From the NCBI GenBank assembly GCA_040386695.1, contig JAZKFB010000038.1, forward strand, positions 23,157 through 87,156: a stretch of 64,000 nucleotides of DNA, in the 5' to 3' direction. Positions within the stretch are counted from its first letter, which is position 1. Each line of letters opens with the position of its first letter. This DNA comes from Verrucomicrobiota bacterium (GTDB taxonomy: Bacteria; Verrucomicrobiota; Verrucomicrobiia; Verrucomicrobiales; V1-33). Shown here one piece after another: positions 44,532-54,308 of this stretch. Made by a program: the position numbers and the translations under genes. The notes under the pieces are model-generated. The model made no database searches and was not told where the DNA came from. It saw only the letters and a list, made by a program, of their open reading frames with translations.

Positions 44532-46075
44532 GGGGTGGGGGAGGGGAGAGGATTGCGGGTGGCCGGTGTCATCCAGCCGAGATCGGTGAAAAGCACGCGG
44601 ATCGCTTTGCGCACCGGGGCGAAGTCGGCGGTGTCCCATTGCGAGGATTTGAAATAGTCCTGCCCGGTCCGGCGGCTGGCAAGGTCGGAGAGCAGCCGGG
44701 GATCGCCGCTCTCCTCCGCGATGAACTGGCTGTAGGCCCGCGCCCACAGCTCCACGGTGCTCTGAAGATAGGTGATGTAATGCTGCGGGCTGCCCAGGGC
44801 GGCACCCTCGGCGGCAATATCCTGATAGGCCCGGCTCGCTTTGATGGCCTCAATCACCGGTGCCATCTTCGGCTGGTGCAGGCTGGAGTATCCTTTGCCG
44901 GGCAGCGCCTCCATATCCAGCTTGTGTCCCAGCTCATGCACCAGCTGGAGCGGGCGGGTTTTGGATTCCTTTCCAAATTTGATGTCCCCTGTCCATGGCG
45001 CGTAGCTCCCGCTGGTGCCCGCCTTGGCTTTGATCGTGGCTTTGACCAGCGCGCCGTCGCCGTGGACGGCATCGACGGCCGCGCCCGCCTGCTTCAGCTC
45101 CTTCGGCAGGCCTGGCGGAAAGATGGCGGTGACCGGCGCGCCGCCTGAAGGGATGATGGCGGTGACTGTGGCCGCCGCAGGGAGCGGGGCGGGAGCCGCG
45201 GGCGGCTCCGCTTTGGCAGTCTTTTTCGGCGCGCGGCCGGACTTGGACTTGGTATTGAGCGCGGCCCACAGCGTGCGGCCGTCCGGCAGCCTGGCCTTTT
45301 CCGCCCAGCCCTGCCATGCGGTCCAGGTGGTGTCGTCATACCGGGCGCGGATCTTGTCCAGCGGCATCCCGATGTCGCCGGGCCGCCACTCCAGGGCACC
45401 GGGTTCGCCGGTCTTTTCGCGGTCCGTCTGCACGCTGATGACCTGTCCGTTGCCCACGTGGATTTCCCCCAGGGTTTCCGCGCGCTCCAGAAGAAACTCC
45501 GGCAGCACGCGCTGCTCCTCCGGCGGCTTGCCCGCGTCCTCCCCGCGCATCTCATCGGCCTCATCCGCGAGGATGGGCACCGCCTCGCAGCGGCAGCCCC
45601 ACGCCCACGGCGGCGTGTGGTTGTCCCAGAAGGGACTGGTGGCGGGGAAGATCTTGCCGTGCAGCTTCGCGTGGGATTCCCGCACGCGGCCGTCCCCCGT
45701 GCTGATGTATTGGCGGTAGGGGAAGTCATCGCGGTGCGCCTCCATCAGCCGGAAGTTGGTGGCGGCGTAGGCGCGGAACCCGTGCAGGCGCAGCAGCAGC
45801 TCCGCCCGCCGCTCGCGCGCCGCGTCGTTGTCCAGGTGCGCCTCCAGCTCCTCCTCTATCTTCGCCTTGATGTCCTCCCACTGCCCGCCCTCCGGCAGGG
45901 TGGCGATGGTTTCCTGAATCCGTTGCAGGGTGTCGAAGCACTCCACGCCGCTGACCACGAACGCCGTCTCCTGGAGTTCGGGCAGCAGGCCGTCGAAGAC
46001 CTTGCGGGTCATCGGAGTCTTGCCCCGGATGGCGGCGGCGGCTTCAGTGTGGGGGGCGGGGGCGGTGAGAAACAT
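44528..46075 (-). CDS. MuF-like head morphogenesis protein fused to a C-terminal zincin-like (HExxH) domain
   Basis: 515-aa ORF. MuF core: YISTGDGRVRESHAKLHGKIFP ... PPWAWGCRCE. The C-terminal domain has LQLVHELGHKLD and the downstream VELWARAYSQFI. Confidence 0.8.
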   Translation of the reverse strand: MFLTAPAPHTEAAAAIRGKTPMTRKVFDGLLPELQETAFVVSGVECFDTLQRIQETIATLPEGGQWEDIKAKIEEELEAHLDNDAARERRAELLLRLHGFRAYAATNFRLMEAHRDDFPYRQYISTGDGRVRESHAKLHGKIFPATSPFWDNHTPPWAWGCRCEAVPILADEADEMRGEDAGKPPEEQRVLPEFLLERAETLGEIHVGNGQVISVQTDREKTGEPGALEWRPGDIGMPLDKIRARYDDTTWTAWQGWAEKARLPDGRTLWAALNTKSKSGRAPKKTAKAEPPAAPAPLPAAATVTAIIPSGGAPVTAIFPPGLPKELKQAGAAVDAVHGDGALVKATIKAKAGTSGSYAPWTGDIKFGKESKTRPLQLVHELGHKLDMEALPGKGYSSLHQPKMAPVIEAIKASRAYQDIAAEGAALGSPQHYITYLQSTVELWARAYSQFIAEESGDPRLLSDLASRRTGQDYFKSSQWDTADFAPVRKAIRVLFTDLGWMTPATRNPLPSPTP

Positions 46076-46111
46076 GAACGGCGGCGGGGATGGAGTGGCG
46101 GTGAAAATGAT

Positions 46112-46480
46112 TCAGCCCCGCACGGCGGGCGGGCTGAGGGCTTTGATGGTTTCGACGGCCCGTGTCATCCTGCCGACGGCCCGCGCCATTGCCGAGTCGT
46201 CGAGCCTGATATTGAATTGGATGCTGGTGGTGCGGGCGTAGTAGTGCCAGACATAGTTGCCGCCGTCTGTCAGGATGGTGCCCACATGGGTGGAGCCGGG
46301 GGGCACCTCGCCGCCCGTGCCCACCATGTGGACCTCCACCTGCTGGCGCGGGGCGTCGGGGTCCACCTCCAGCCAGATCTGCGGCTCGTTGTGCTGGATG
46401 GCCAGGCACAGAGCGCGCCAGCCGAAGGGCACGCTGAGGAGATTGAGACGGCCGGGCAGCGGATATTTGAATACTTTCAT
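46112..46480 (-). CDS. Conserved-looking phage hypothetical protein
   Basis: Internal ATG 46480 (MKVFKYPLPGRLNLLSVPFGWRALCLAIQHNEPQIWLEV...), 122 aa. It ends 36 nt before the MuF start. Confidence 0.5.
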   Translation of the reverse strand: MKVFKYPLPGRLNLLSVPFGWRALCLAIQHNEPQIWLEVDPDAPRQQVEVHMVGTGGEVPPGSTHVGTILTDGGNYVWHYYARTTSIQFNIRLDDSAMARAVGRMTRAVETIKALSPPAVRG

Positions 46481-46485
46481 GGCGG

Positions 46486-46881
46486 TTAATAAAGGATAGG
46501 ACGCGGCGCGTCGGGCGTGCCTTTGGCGGTGAGGGCGTCCCGGATGCCGTCGTAGATGAGCACGCGCAGGGTGTGCCGGGCGTCGAGGTGGCGGGCCAGT
46601 CCGACGATGTGCGGGGGACCGTCGTTGGTCACCTTCCCCGCTTCGGACAGGAGGGAGGGGAAGTCCAGGCCGTGCTCCGCGCAGACCTGCGCCCATCTGG
46701 TTATGCGCTGCTCCCCGAGAATGGCGTGGAAGGACTTGAGGTGGATGCGCTCAGGCCATTCGATGCGGCGGGGCGGCGGTGGGACGGCGTCCTTGGCGGC
46801 GGCGGGCGCGGTGTCCGGCCGGTTCCAGGAATCGGGGCCGAACATGGGCGGCACCCCCTTGGGTTCCGGGGAGGGCTTCAT
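46486..46881 (-). CDS. Phage hypothetical protein
   Basis: Internal ATG 46881 (MKPSPEPKG...), 131 aa. It overlaps the stop of the upstream frameshifted gene (ATGA). Confidence 0.4.
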   Translation of the reverse strand: MKPSPEPKGVPPMFGPDSWNRPDTAPAAAKDAVPPPPRRIEWPERIHLKSFHAILGEQRITRWAQVCAEHGLDFPSLLSEAGKVTNDGPPHIVGLARHLDARHTLRVLIYDGIRDALTAKGTPDAPRPILY

Positions 46882-47448
46882 GATGGCGCGCCGTCCCCGG
46901 CGGGAAAGAGGTCGAGCTGATCGGGGTGGGGTGGCTTCGCGGCGGGCACGCGGACCGGGCGCGGAGCCGGGGCGGCGGGCCGGACTTTGATGCGGCGCTG
47001 GCGGTTGGTCATGCCCTCGTTGTGGTAGGAGGACCATGCCTCGGAGTAGGCATCGCGCCGCTCCGGCGTCCAGTAGTCGCGGGCCCGCCTCGCCGGTGGC
47101 CCGGCGGATGTGTGTCATCAGACTGTCCAGATCAATAAGCGTGGTGAACGGAGAGAACTTGGAGCCGCGCACGATGCCGCTGCGGACAAGGATGTGCAGG
47201 GTGCCGAAGTCCACATCCAGCCCCAGGCGCCGGGGCAGATCGCGGGTGATGCGCATGGTGGCGTTCCAGCTTTTCCAGATGGCCTTCAGCGTGCCGTCCG
47301 GCAACAGCACCAGCTTCACCAGACCATACTGCCCCACCGCCTCGCGTGGCAGCTCCATGGTGGAGTATGTCCCGGGGGACAACTCCACGCGGAGAGTGAC
47401 AGTCGGCGGTGGTGGCGGTGGCGGTGCTGGGCTATGATCTGCTGCCAT
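46878..47448 (-). pseudogene. Phage HTH (excisionase/MerR-like) DNA-binding protein, apparent frameshift near 47080-47090
   Basis: From ATG 47448: ...LPRRLGLDVDFGTLHILVRSGIVRGSKFSPFTTLIDLDSLMTHIRRATGEAG. Sense then continues in another frame as RDYWTPERRDAYSEAWSSYHNEGMTNRQRR... up to the stop at 46878. Confidence 0.4.
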
Positions 47449-47473
47449 AATCTCGGTGTGTGGTGGTTGACTG

Positions 47474-48319
47474 CTAGAAGGGGGCAGTGGGTTTGACGGT
47501 GCGGGCCTGCTTTTTGTTGCGAGTTTCCGCGCTGCCCCCGCCGTCGCGCGCCGTGGCCCTGTTGCGCAGGGTGAACACCAGCTGCCAGAGCTGCGGGCGG
47601 GTGAGCTGTTCAAGACTCGCTGCCCCGTATTTTCCGGAGATTACTTTAGCCACATAGGCGGGGCCGAATCCGGAGTCGCGCATGGTGCGCTCCACCACGG
47701 CGCGCGCCTGGCGGATGTCCTCCTGGCTGTCGCCGTCCGCCCCGGCGCGGTGGGCCGCCTTGCCATCGCGCATGGTGGCGGCGAAGCTGGCCAGATCCTC
47801 CCCGGCCAGCGCGCAGAAGTGGGCGGCCAGCGTGTTCCAGTGCGCCCGCCGGGCGCTGCTGATGCCGGTGACCGTGCCCGCCGCGTGCGTGGCCGTGGCC
47901 GCCCGGCACTGGCCGTGCCGCCAGTCCTTTTCCAGCTGCCCTTTTTTATGCCCGGCGGCCAGCATGTCCGGCAGCCACGTTGGATCCGACTGGAGATAAG
48001 CCCGCCACGCTTTGGCGGCGATGATGCCCAGCACGGTGATCTCCTTTTTCGACAACGTCTGATGCGCGGTGCCCGGAGGAAGCTGAACAGAAGGGCGCGG
48101 AGGACAGGAAGGTGAGGGCGGGACAGCGGCTGCCAGGCTGGACGGCAGGCCGGGGGCGAAGCTGCGCACCGCCACCCCACCGGCGGGCACCGGCGCGGTG
48201 GGGACGGGTGGCTTGGCGGCAGTGATGGGGAACGGCACCACGTTGGCGGGCGGCGGGCCGTCGTTGAGAGGCACGAGACCGCCCGGCTGGCCGGGGGATT
48301 TGAGGCGGTAATCTCTCAT
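47474..48319 (-). CDS. Phage early protein (possibly GemA/DUF1018-like)
   Basis: Start chosen at ATG 48319 (MRDYRLKSPG...). The C-terminal KVISGKYGAASLEQLTRPQLWQLVFTLRNRA resembles the GemA-type helical module; this is weak. Confidence 0.35.
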   Translation of the reverse strand: MRDYRLKSPGQPGGLVPLNDGPPPANVVPFPITAAKPPVPTAPVPAGGVAVRSFAPGLPSSLAAAVPPSPSCPPRPSVQLPPGTAHQTLSKKEITVLGIIAAKAWRAYLQSDPTWLPDMLAAGHKKGQLEKDWRHGQCRAATATHAAGTVTGISSARRAHWNTLAAHFCALAGEDLASFAATMRDGKAAHRAGADGDSQEDIRQARAVVERTMRDSGFGPAYVAKVISGKYGAASLEQLTRPQLWQLVFTLRNRATARDGGGSAETRNKKQARTVKPTAPF

Positions 48320-48344
48320 GACTGGGCGGAGCGGTTTTGAATTG

Positions 48345-48746
48345 TCAGGCTTTGCCGAAAAGGGCTTTGAAAATCCCCGTGCGCGCCGGGGTGACGAGCG
48401 GCTGGCCCGCGAACTTGGCCAGCTCGTGCAGCTGGGTGTGCTCCGTGGTGGCGGCGATGGCCCGCCTGGTTTCCCGTTCCTCCGCCTGGAGGGCGGCCAG
48501 ATCCCCCATCTGCCGCACCGTGTTGGGGGAATAGGTGTATTGCGTGTTGCGCCCCACGGTGATCCGCGCGCCGTCGAAGAGGAGACCGGGGTGCGTCCGC
48601 GCCAGTTTGAGAATGCGGAGAGCGAGCTTATCAATGATGGCCTCCGCCTGCCGCTGGGCGCGTTTGGCGCTGAGCCAGCAGGCCAGGACATCGCGGTCGG
48701 TGGCGTCGGGGATCTCGGTTTCCGTGAGGGTGATTTTTTTAGCCAT
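48345..48746 (-). CDS. Phage early hypothetical protein
   Basis: Internal ATG 48746 (MAKKITLTETEIPD...), 133 aa, coiled-coil-like. Confidence 0.4.
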   Translation of the reverse strand: MAKKITLTETEIPDATDRDVLACWLSAKRAQRQAEAIIDKLALRILKLARTHPGLLFDGARITVGRNTQYTYSPNTVRQMGDLAALQAEERETRRAIAATTEHTQLHELAKFAGQPLVTPARTGIFKALFGKA

Positions 48747-48780
48747 GATGTTGGAAGGTTTGGATGGAAGGGCGGGAGAA

Positions 48781-49314
48781 TCAGGAAGGCTTGACAGCTT
48801 TGGTTTTGGCGGCGGGCGGCGGCGCGTCCTCACAATTGATGACGCCCTCCCCGGCCATGCCGCCGAGGGACCAGTGGAGGGAGACGAAGGGCAGCGGCAG
48901 ACCATTCCGCTCCGGGCGGATGCGGGACAGGCCCAGCCAGCAGGTGTCCATGGCGGCGAGGGCGGCGACCAGACGGCGCGGGAGATAGGCGATATTGCCC
49001 GCGATGACCATGCGCACCGGTTTCGTCCTGTGCGGCGGCAGCGGCGGCAGCGGAAAGGATGCGCCGCCCTGGTGGAATTTGAGCCAGGCGTCCACTTCGA
49101 ACCCCAGTGGGCCGGTGTGCCGCACCCAGTCGCGGTAGCCGGGCAGGCGGCGGGCTGTCCACAGCATGATGGTTCCGCCGTCGCTGACAAAGGTGCCGGT
49201 CTTTGTGCCCAGCTGATGATAAAACGGAAATGCCAGGTGGGGATAAATGTCGGACTGGCGGGTGGTGAACTGGTTGAGGACACTGCCGGGAGTGGGATGG
49301 AGGAGAGCGGACAT
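48781..49314 (-). CDS. Phage early hypothetical protein
   Basis: 177-aa ORF. Confidence 0.4.
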   Translation of the reverse strand: MSALLHPTPGSVLNQFTTRQSDIYPHLAFPFYHQLGTKTGTFVSDGGTIMLWTARRLPGYRDWVRHTGPLGFEVDAWLKFHQGGASFPLPPLPPHRTKPVRMVIAGNIAYLPRRLVAALAAMDTCWLGLSRIRPERNGLPLPFVSLHWSLGGMAGEGVINCEDAPPPAAKTKAVKPS

Positions 49315-49464
49315 GGAGCGTGGGTGGAGGAGGGAGGCCGGGGCCTTTGGTTAGCTTTCGTTTTAAGGCGGGGGTGAGGGCCGCCCGCCGTGGTCATACC
49401 CGGCGGGCGGCAGGATTGATTTCAGGGGCCGGGCGAAGCGGGCGGATTGATGTGGCGCATCCGG

Positions 49465-50529
49465 TCACCGGTCGAATCCCTTGGTGTTGGCGATAATGTA
49501 GCTGGCGGCGCTCAGCAGGTGCTCGGCGGCGGGGCCGCCGGTCTTGCTTTTCATGGCCAGCAGACGGGCGGCTCCGGCCACCTTGCGGCAAAAGGCGTAG
49601 CCGCCATGGTGGCGGGCTCCCTGGCTGACCGCGTCGAAGGCCCGCTGCCAGGCGACGGCGGCCTCCCCCTTCTCCTCCGGCAGGGTCAGGGCGAGGCGGG
49701 CGGCCAGATACTCCTCAACGTCGCCGCTGTCCGGCGCGGGCAGGGTGACGCGCAGGAGCATCCGGTTATGGATCAGCTGCTTCACCTCGCTCCAGTGGCG
49801 GCTCTGGATGTTGTTCCAGAGACTGGCCATGGTGGCGATGACGACCCAGCAGCCCGTGCGGTTGATCACATCCTTCAGCACATTGAGCAGGCGGATCTCC
49901 ATGTGCTGCCCCTCGTCCACAAGGATGAGGCGGGGTTTGTCCGCCAGCTTCTGGATCAGGGCCGCGTGCCGGTCCGCGAATCCATTGGGCATCACTCCCC
50001 GGAATCCGCTGGCCAGGAGCAGTTCCGTGATGGCTTTCAGCGGGCGGTGCCAGCCCTCATGCGCGGTGACAAGGATGGCATCCGCATCCGAGGCGGCGGC
50101 ATTTTTCACGGCGCTGGTTTTCCCCGCGCCGCTCTCCCCCTCCACCAGCATAAAGCGGTCAATATCCCGCTGCCGTTTGAGCATGGAGATGCTTTCCGCC
50201 ACGATCCGCGCCGGACGCAGGCCCGGCAGGATGGGATCCGCCTGCTGCCGCAGCTCCCACTCCTCCAGCTCGACCACGGCGGCGCGGTATTTGGCCAGAT
50301 GGTTTTCCGGCGTCAGCTCCGTGAGGTCGCCGTCCGCGAGGCGGCTGTGGGTTTTGTGATTGATGCCTGTGACCTGGCTGCACAGCTGGCGGAGACTGAG
50401 ACCCCAGGCCACGCGCCAGGCCTCCACCTGGCGGGCGAGGGAGAGCAGCTCGGCGGCGGCGGACTCGGTGGCCTGGCCGTCCGGCTCGCGGGGGGCGGAG
50501 TGTTCGATGAAGGTGGAGATCATGGTCAT
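49465..50529 (-). CDS. MuB-like AAA+ transposition ATPase
   Basis: 354-aa ORF with Walker A VEGESGAGKTS and Walker B RLILVDEGQH. It lies immediately downstream of the transposase. Confidence 0.7.
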   Translation of the reverse strand: MTMISTFIEHSAPREPDGQATESAAAELLSLARQVEAWRVAWGLSLRQLCSQVTGINHKTHSRLADGDLTELTPENHLAKYRAAVVELEEWELRQQADPILPGLRPARIVAESISMLKRQRDIDRFMLVEGESGAGKTSAVKNAAASDADAILVTAHEGWHRPLKAITELLLASGFRGVMPNGFADRHAALIQKLADKPRLILVDEGQHMEIRLLNVLKDVINRTGCWVVIATMASLWNNIQSRHWSEVKQLIHNRMLLRVTLPAPDSGDVEEYLAARLALTLPEEKGEAAVAWQRAFDAVSQGARHHGGYAFCRKVAGAARLLAMKSKTGGPAAEHLLSAASYIIANTKGFDR

Positions 50530-50553
50530 GGTATGGTGATGAATGCGGGGAAA

Positions 50554-50931
50554 TCAGGGGCGGGTGCGGCTGTCGATGGCATGGCCGAGGAACCGGTGAT
50601 GGACGGTGCTGGGCTCGTAGATCTCGGCGTGGCGGGTGTTGGCGCGGCTGACCCGCACATAGACCAGGGCACCGGGTGCCAGGCGGGAGGCGCGTCCGCC
50701 GTGGCTGTGGAGCAGGTAAGTGTGGGTGACCCCGTCCAGGGTGATCAGCACCTCATCCCCATTGAGCCGGGAACTGAGGAGCATGGGCGAATGGTCCGGC
50801 GTCCCTTTGTCCTGCGGCTGCGGATCAGAGGCGGGAGTGTCCGCCCGGAGGGTGGTGATGGAATTGGGCCGGGCGTCCATGGCGTCGGCGGTGGCGGCAG
50901 GACCGGGTGCTGGGCAGGATTTGAAGAACAT
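50554..50931 (-). CDS. Hypothetical protein between the transposase and ATPase genes
   Basis: 125-aa ORF; the true start is possibly the internal MDARPNS. Confidence 0.3.
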   Translation of the reverse strand: MFFKSCPAPGPAATADAMDARPNSITTLRADTPASDPQPQDKGTPDHSPMLLSSRLNGDEVLITLDGVTHTYLLHSHGGRASRLAPGALVYVRVSRANTRHAEIYEPSTVHHRFLGHAIDSRTRP

Positions 50932-50986
50932 GACGGATCAGCGGGTTGGTGGTTTGGTTTTTTTTTATTATGGCAGGGGAGAAAGG

Positions 50987-52756
50987 TCAGCCCGCGCTGG
51001 CGGCGGAGCCGTAGAGGTCCACCAGCGCCGAAGCGCGGACGGCGCGGGGCCGGGAAGCCGGGGTGGTCTCCGGCGGCGGGGCTTCCGCCCCTCCGTCCCC
51101 GGAGCCCTGACTGAGATGCAGCGCCCGTCCCAGTCCGTCCCGCGCGGTGCTCTTCATTGTGCCGGGACCGGTGCCGGGCGGCACGGCCTGTCGGTATTCG
51201 CGGCGCACAGCGGCATTGGCGCGGGTCTGCGCCCCGTAATCCCCGGTGCCGGTGAAGTCCTCCTGCGGGGCGGCGGGCACCCATGGGGCACAGCCCATGT
51301 ATTCCCCGAAGGCGCGGCCTTCGATATTGCGGACGCTGCGCCCGCTCTCTCCGTTGAAGATGGCGGCCCCCTCATCCGGCCGGCCGGGGTGGAAGGCCAC
51401 CAGCAGGCGGTAGCCATTCTCCATCAGGCGCACCCCCGGCATATCGTTGACCTGGAACTGGAACCCCATCGGCCAATGCTTCACCGAGGCCCGCACGGCA
51501 TGGTTCCTGAGAGTGAGCGCCCGCTTGACGGGCAGGAAGCGCCAGCGTTCGCCGGCGGGGAGCGGCACGGTGCGGCGCTCCGCCCACATTTCCTCCGGCA
51601 CCAGCATGCGCCCGCCGAGGGAGGCGCGGTATTTGGCCCGGCCATTGTCGTGGCACGCCACATCCCGCAGGCCGTCGGCGGCGGCGGACATGCCCCAGAA
51701 ATAATCCTGCGCTTTGGGACATCCCCTCAGCGCCTTGCCATACAGGCGGCTGGCGGTCTGGAACTCCCCGCGGGTGCGGCCCACATCCGTGGACAGGTGG
51801 CGCATGAATTCCTGGATGCGGCGGAAGCCGCCCTCTATTTCCCCTTTGCCGCGCGGGCTGAATTTGTGGACGATCCGGATCAGGTCCTTCAGTCCTCCCC
51901 AGCGCTCCCCTTCCGGCCTGCCATACTCAGGGGGCAGCCTGATTCCATTCAGGAAGTCATTGCACCACGGACCCATCTCCATCCGCCAGAAATAAGGCAG
52001 GCCCCAGTCATCCACCACACTGAGGAAATGGTCCGCGATGTCCTCCACCTGGTAGCTCTGGCGGGGCCGGCCGATGAGGTCGGACCCGAGCCATTGCAGG
52101 GAGTTGATGTCCCGCGTCATCAGGCTCTGGCGGCCCACAGTGGGCACGCCGTCCGCCCCCACGTAGCTGAAGGGGGTGTTGATGCTCATGTCATCGCTGA
52201 CAAAACCGCAGCCGGGCCAGAGATTGGCGCGGATGATGCCGCCCGCCTTGTCGAAGATCAGCATGGTCTGATCGCGGGGCCGGGTGAGACTGGTGGCCAG
52301 GGTGGCGCGCCCGCCCCGGATTTCATTGCGCTCGGCTTTGGTGATGCCGGCGGCCCGCCGCATGGTGACCGTGGGCTCCCATGGCTTTCCGGCCCGCCGG
52401 GCTTTCTCCATATGATCCCGGACCGCCTGCCTCGCCGCGCCGCTGCCCGGCTGGTGGGGCACGTTCGCGCGCGGGGTGTCGAAGCGGCTGAAGGATTCCA
52501 GCGCGGCGGACGCGCTTTCCGTATGGGCGGCGAACCAGTGCAGCACCCTCCGGTCCTGTTCCGTGAGGGTGAATTGGGCGGGACGGCCTTTGCGTGCGAT
52601 GGGCTGAGCCTTTGGCTCCTCCTTCATCCGGTAATACTTGGACCGGGAAACACCGGCCAGCAGCAGCGCTGTGGCCAGGGGGCGGCCCTCCTCCATCATC
52701 CGGTGGATGTGGATCAGCTGCTGGGCGTTCTGAACGTGCTGGGCGGCGGTGGACAT
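50987..52756 (-). CDS. MuA-like DDE transposase
   Basis: 589-aa ORF. N-terminal HTH (LLLAGVSRSKYYRMK). Core with FVSDDMSINTPF, VVDDWGLPYFWRMEMGPW and SPRGKGEIEGGFRRIQ (E of the DDE region). Paired with the MuB-like gene. Confidence 0.6.
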   Translation of the reverse strand: MSTAAQHVQNAQQLIHIHRMMEEGRPLATALLLAGVSRSKYYRMKEEPKAQPIARKGRPAQFTLTEQDRRVLHWFAAHTESASAALESFSRFDTPRANVPHQPGSGAARQAVRDHMEKARRAGKPWEPTVTMRRAAGITKAERNEIRGGRATLATSLTRPRDQTMLIFDKAGGIIRANLWPGCGFVSDDMSINTPFSYVGADGVPTVGRQSLMTRDINSLQWLGSDLIGRPRQSYQVEDIADHFLSVVDDWGLPYFWRMEMGPWCNDFLNGIRLPPEYGRPEGERWGGLKDLIRIVHKFSPRGKGEIEGGFRRIQEFMRHLSTDVGRTRGEFQTASRLYGKALRGCPKAQDYFWGMSAAADGLRDVACHDNGRAKYRASLGGRMLVPEEMWAERRTVPLPAGERWRFLPVKRALTLRNHAVRASVKHWPMGFQFQVNDMPGVRLMENGYRLLVAFHPGRPDEGAAIFNGESGRSVRNIEGRAFGEYMGCAPWVPAAPQEDFTGTGDYGAQTRANAAVRREYRQAVPPGTGPGTMKSTARDGLGRALHLSQGSGDGGAEAPPPETTPASRPRAVRASALVDLYGSAASAG

Positions 52757-52770
52757 GGATGCAAAAAATG

Positions 52771-53652
52771 TCAGGCTCTGGATTTGGCTGGTTTGATCTC
52801 TCCGGTCTGGGCCGCCTGCATCGTCCGGAACTTCACTTCCGGATCAGCCTGGCGGATGGCCTCCTCCAAAGCGGCCAGCAGGGTTTCCCGTTCCTCCTGC
52901 TTGAATGCCTTCCAATGCTCCGGAGTCAGCCACTGGAACCGCTTGAGGCCGGTGGCGGCCAGCTTGAAGGAATTTGCAGGGGGCCGCCGGGCTTCGCCGG
53001 TGACAGGATTAAAGCCTGTCAGGCGGCCCTCGATCCTCTGCTTGCACTGCTGCCAGGTCATTTCCCCGGCCTCCGCCCCGTCCCTCCAGCTCTCCTCATC
53101 CTCAGACCCGTTGGGGTGGCTTTCAAAATGGTTAAGACAGAAGTCTTCAGCTTCCGGTTCCAGACTTGGATTGGCCGCCTCCCGGTCATTCTGGATACCC
53201 AGGACCAGCTGCCGCCCGCTCACCCCCTCAATCAGGGAATCAATCTCCGCCCGCAGGTCCGGTTCCGCCTCACCGGTCAGTGCCAGCTCCATGCGGTTGA
53301 AGTGATCGATCCGGTTCGGCGCGTGAACATTGAAGTCCAGCGACTCCATCAACCGGCGGCTGGCCTGCATGGCACGCTGCACGGAGCGGGGTGTGATTTC
53401 AGGGCAGTGCTCCTTCAGGGCAGGGATGAATTCCCCGTGCCGCAGGGAGGCTTTGAGCCGCATGGCGTAGACACCCATCAGGAGCATGAGCCTGCCTGCC
53501 TCCGCCGCCGCCGCATAAAGCGTGGAGAGCTTCTCAAAATGACTCTGTACAAGGCCCTCCTCCGGCTCCAATCCAAAAACGACATGTTGGCGCTTTTGCC
53601 TCTCCGGGTGTGGCGGGTTCTGTTTTTGCTTTGGCATAAAATCAGATTTCAT
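52771..53652 (-). CDS. DUF3102-like phage early protein
   Basis: Start chosen at ATG 53652 (MKSDFMPKQKQ...). GRLMLLMGVYAMRLKASLRHGEFIPALKEHCPEITPRSVQRAM fits the DUF3102 pattern as I recall it. Confidence 0.4.
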   Translation of the reverse strand: MKSDFMPKQKQNPPHPERQKRQHVVFGLEPEEGLVQSHFEKLSTLYAAAAEAGRLMLLMGVYAMRLKASLRHGEFIPALKEHCPEITPRSVQRAMQASRRLMESLDFNVHAPNRIDHFNRMELALTGEAEPDLRAEIDSLIEGVSGRQLVLGIQNDREAANPSLEPEAEDFCLNHFESHPNGSEDEESWRDGAEAGEMTWQQCKQRIEGRLTGFNPVTGEARRPPANSFKLAATGLKRFQWLTPEHWKAFKQEERETLLAALEEAIRQADPEVKFRTMQAAQTGEIKPAKSRA

Positions 53653-53656
53653 TAAT

Positions 53657-54058
53657 TCAGTTGAGGCGCTGAAGTTGGGCAGCACGGCGTGGTTCCCGGA
53701 ACACAAAGAGGACGGGACCGCCCGGATGCCATGCCCAGTCAATGAAATCCTCCCACCGGCTCTCGATGTCCGGGATTTGATTTAAAGGTTCATGGCATTC
53801 AGCAAGGGGGACAGGCACTCCGAGGCTGCCCCGTCCCTCCCCGATGTGCGTACCCGTCCTGAAATAAAATGTCACCGCCCAAGCCGGGGCGGGCGGCATG
53901 GCAGCTCCCGGCAAACCCGCCGCAAAGCTGCGGCCGGGACGGAACGGCGGCACCGGCAGCAGCACGGGTTCGCCGGCAAGAGCCAAAGGCTGGACCAGGG
54001 CCTCAAGGTGGGTTGGCGGGATGAAGTCCCGGACGAGGTGCATGGTGAAGGGATTCAT
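53657..54058 (-). CDS. Phage early hypothetical protein
   Basis: 133-aa ORF. Confidence 0.35.
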   Translation of the reverse strand: MNPFTMHLVRDFIPPTHLEALVQPLALAGEPVLLPVPPFRPGRSFAAGLPGAAMPPAPAWAVTFYFRTGTHIGEGRGSLGVPVPLAECHEPLNQIPDIESRWEDFIDWAWHPGGPVLFVFREPRRAAQLQRLN

Positions 54059-54089
54059 GGGCTCAGGGTCGAGGGTGAAAGATGGGTGT

Positions 54090-54308
54090 TTAGTTCAATT
54101 TGCATTTTAATGCATGATAGCGCTGGACCAGTCCCGGCAGATTCCATCTTCCGGTGAGCGCCCTGTAGAGGGTGGTGCGGTTACAGCCCAAGGTTTGGGC
54201 ATCGACGGTGATGCCGGGATATCTGGTGATACCTCGCCTTGGGGATGCCGAATTTGCTTTAGTGGGTTTTGCATTCATACTGGGCGCTGCCGCTTCTGTG
54301 GCGTGCAT
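54090..54308 (-). CDS. Ner/Cro-like small HTH regulator
   Basis: 72-aa ORF (possibly starting at the internal MNAKPT) with VDAQTLGCNRTTLYRALTGR. It is divergent from the XRE gene and is the first gene of the early arm. Confidence 0.5.
   Translation of the reverse strand: MHATEAAAPSMNAKPTKANSASPRRGITRYPGITVDAQTLGCNRTTLYRALTGRWNLPGLVQRYHALKCKLN

Noticed and set aside
42144-44657. 837-codon plus-strand ORF across the prophage head genes. Similar cases are 50720-53305 (+), 57101-59488 (-) and 49447-51114 (+).
   Set aside because: Each runs antisense to several independently recognisable phage genes (gpI, gpG, transposase, SGNH fibre) and has G/R/A-rich low-complexity content.
48345-48746. The 133-aa early protein considered as a Mu Gam homologue.
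   Set aside because: By-eye comparison with the Mu Gam sequence as I remember it shows no convincing collinear blocks, so it is left as hypothetical.
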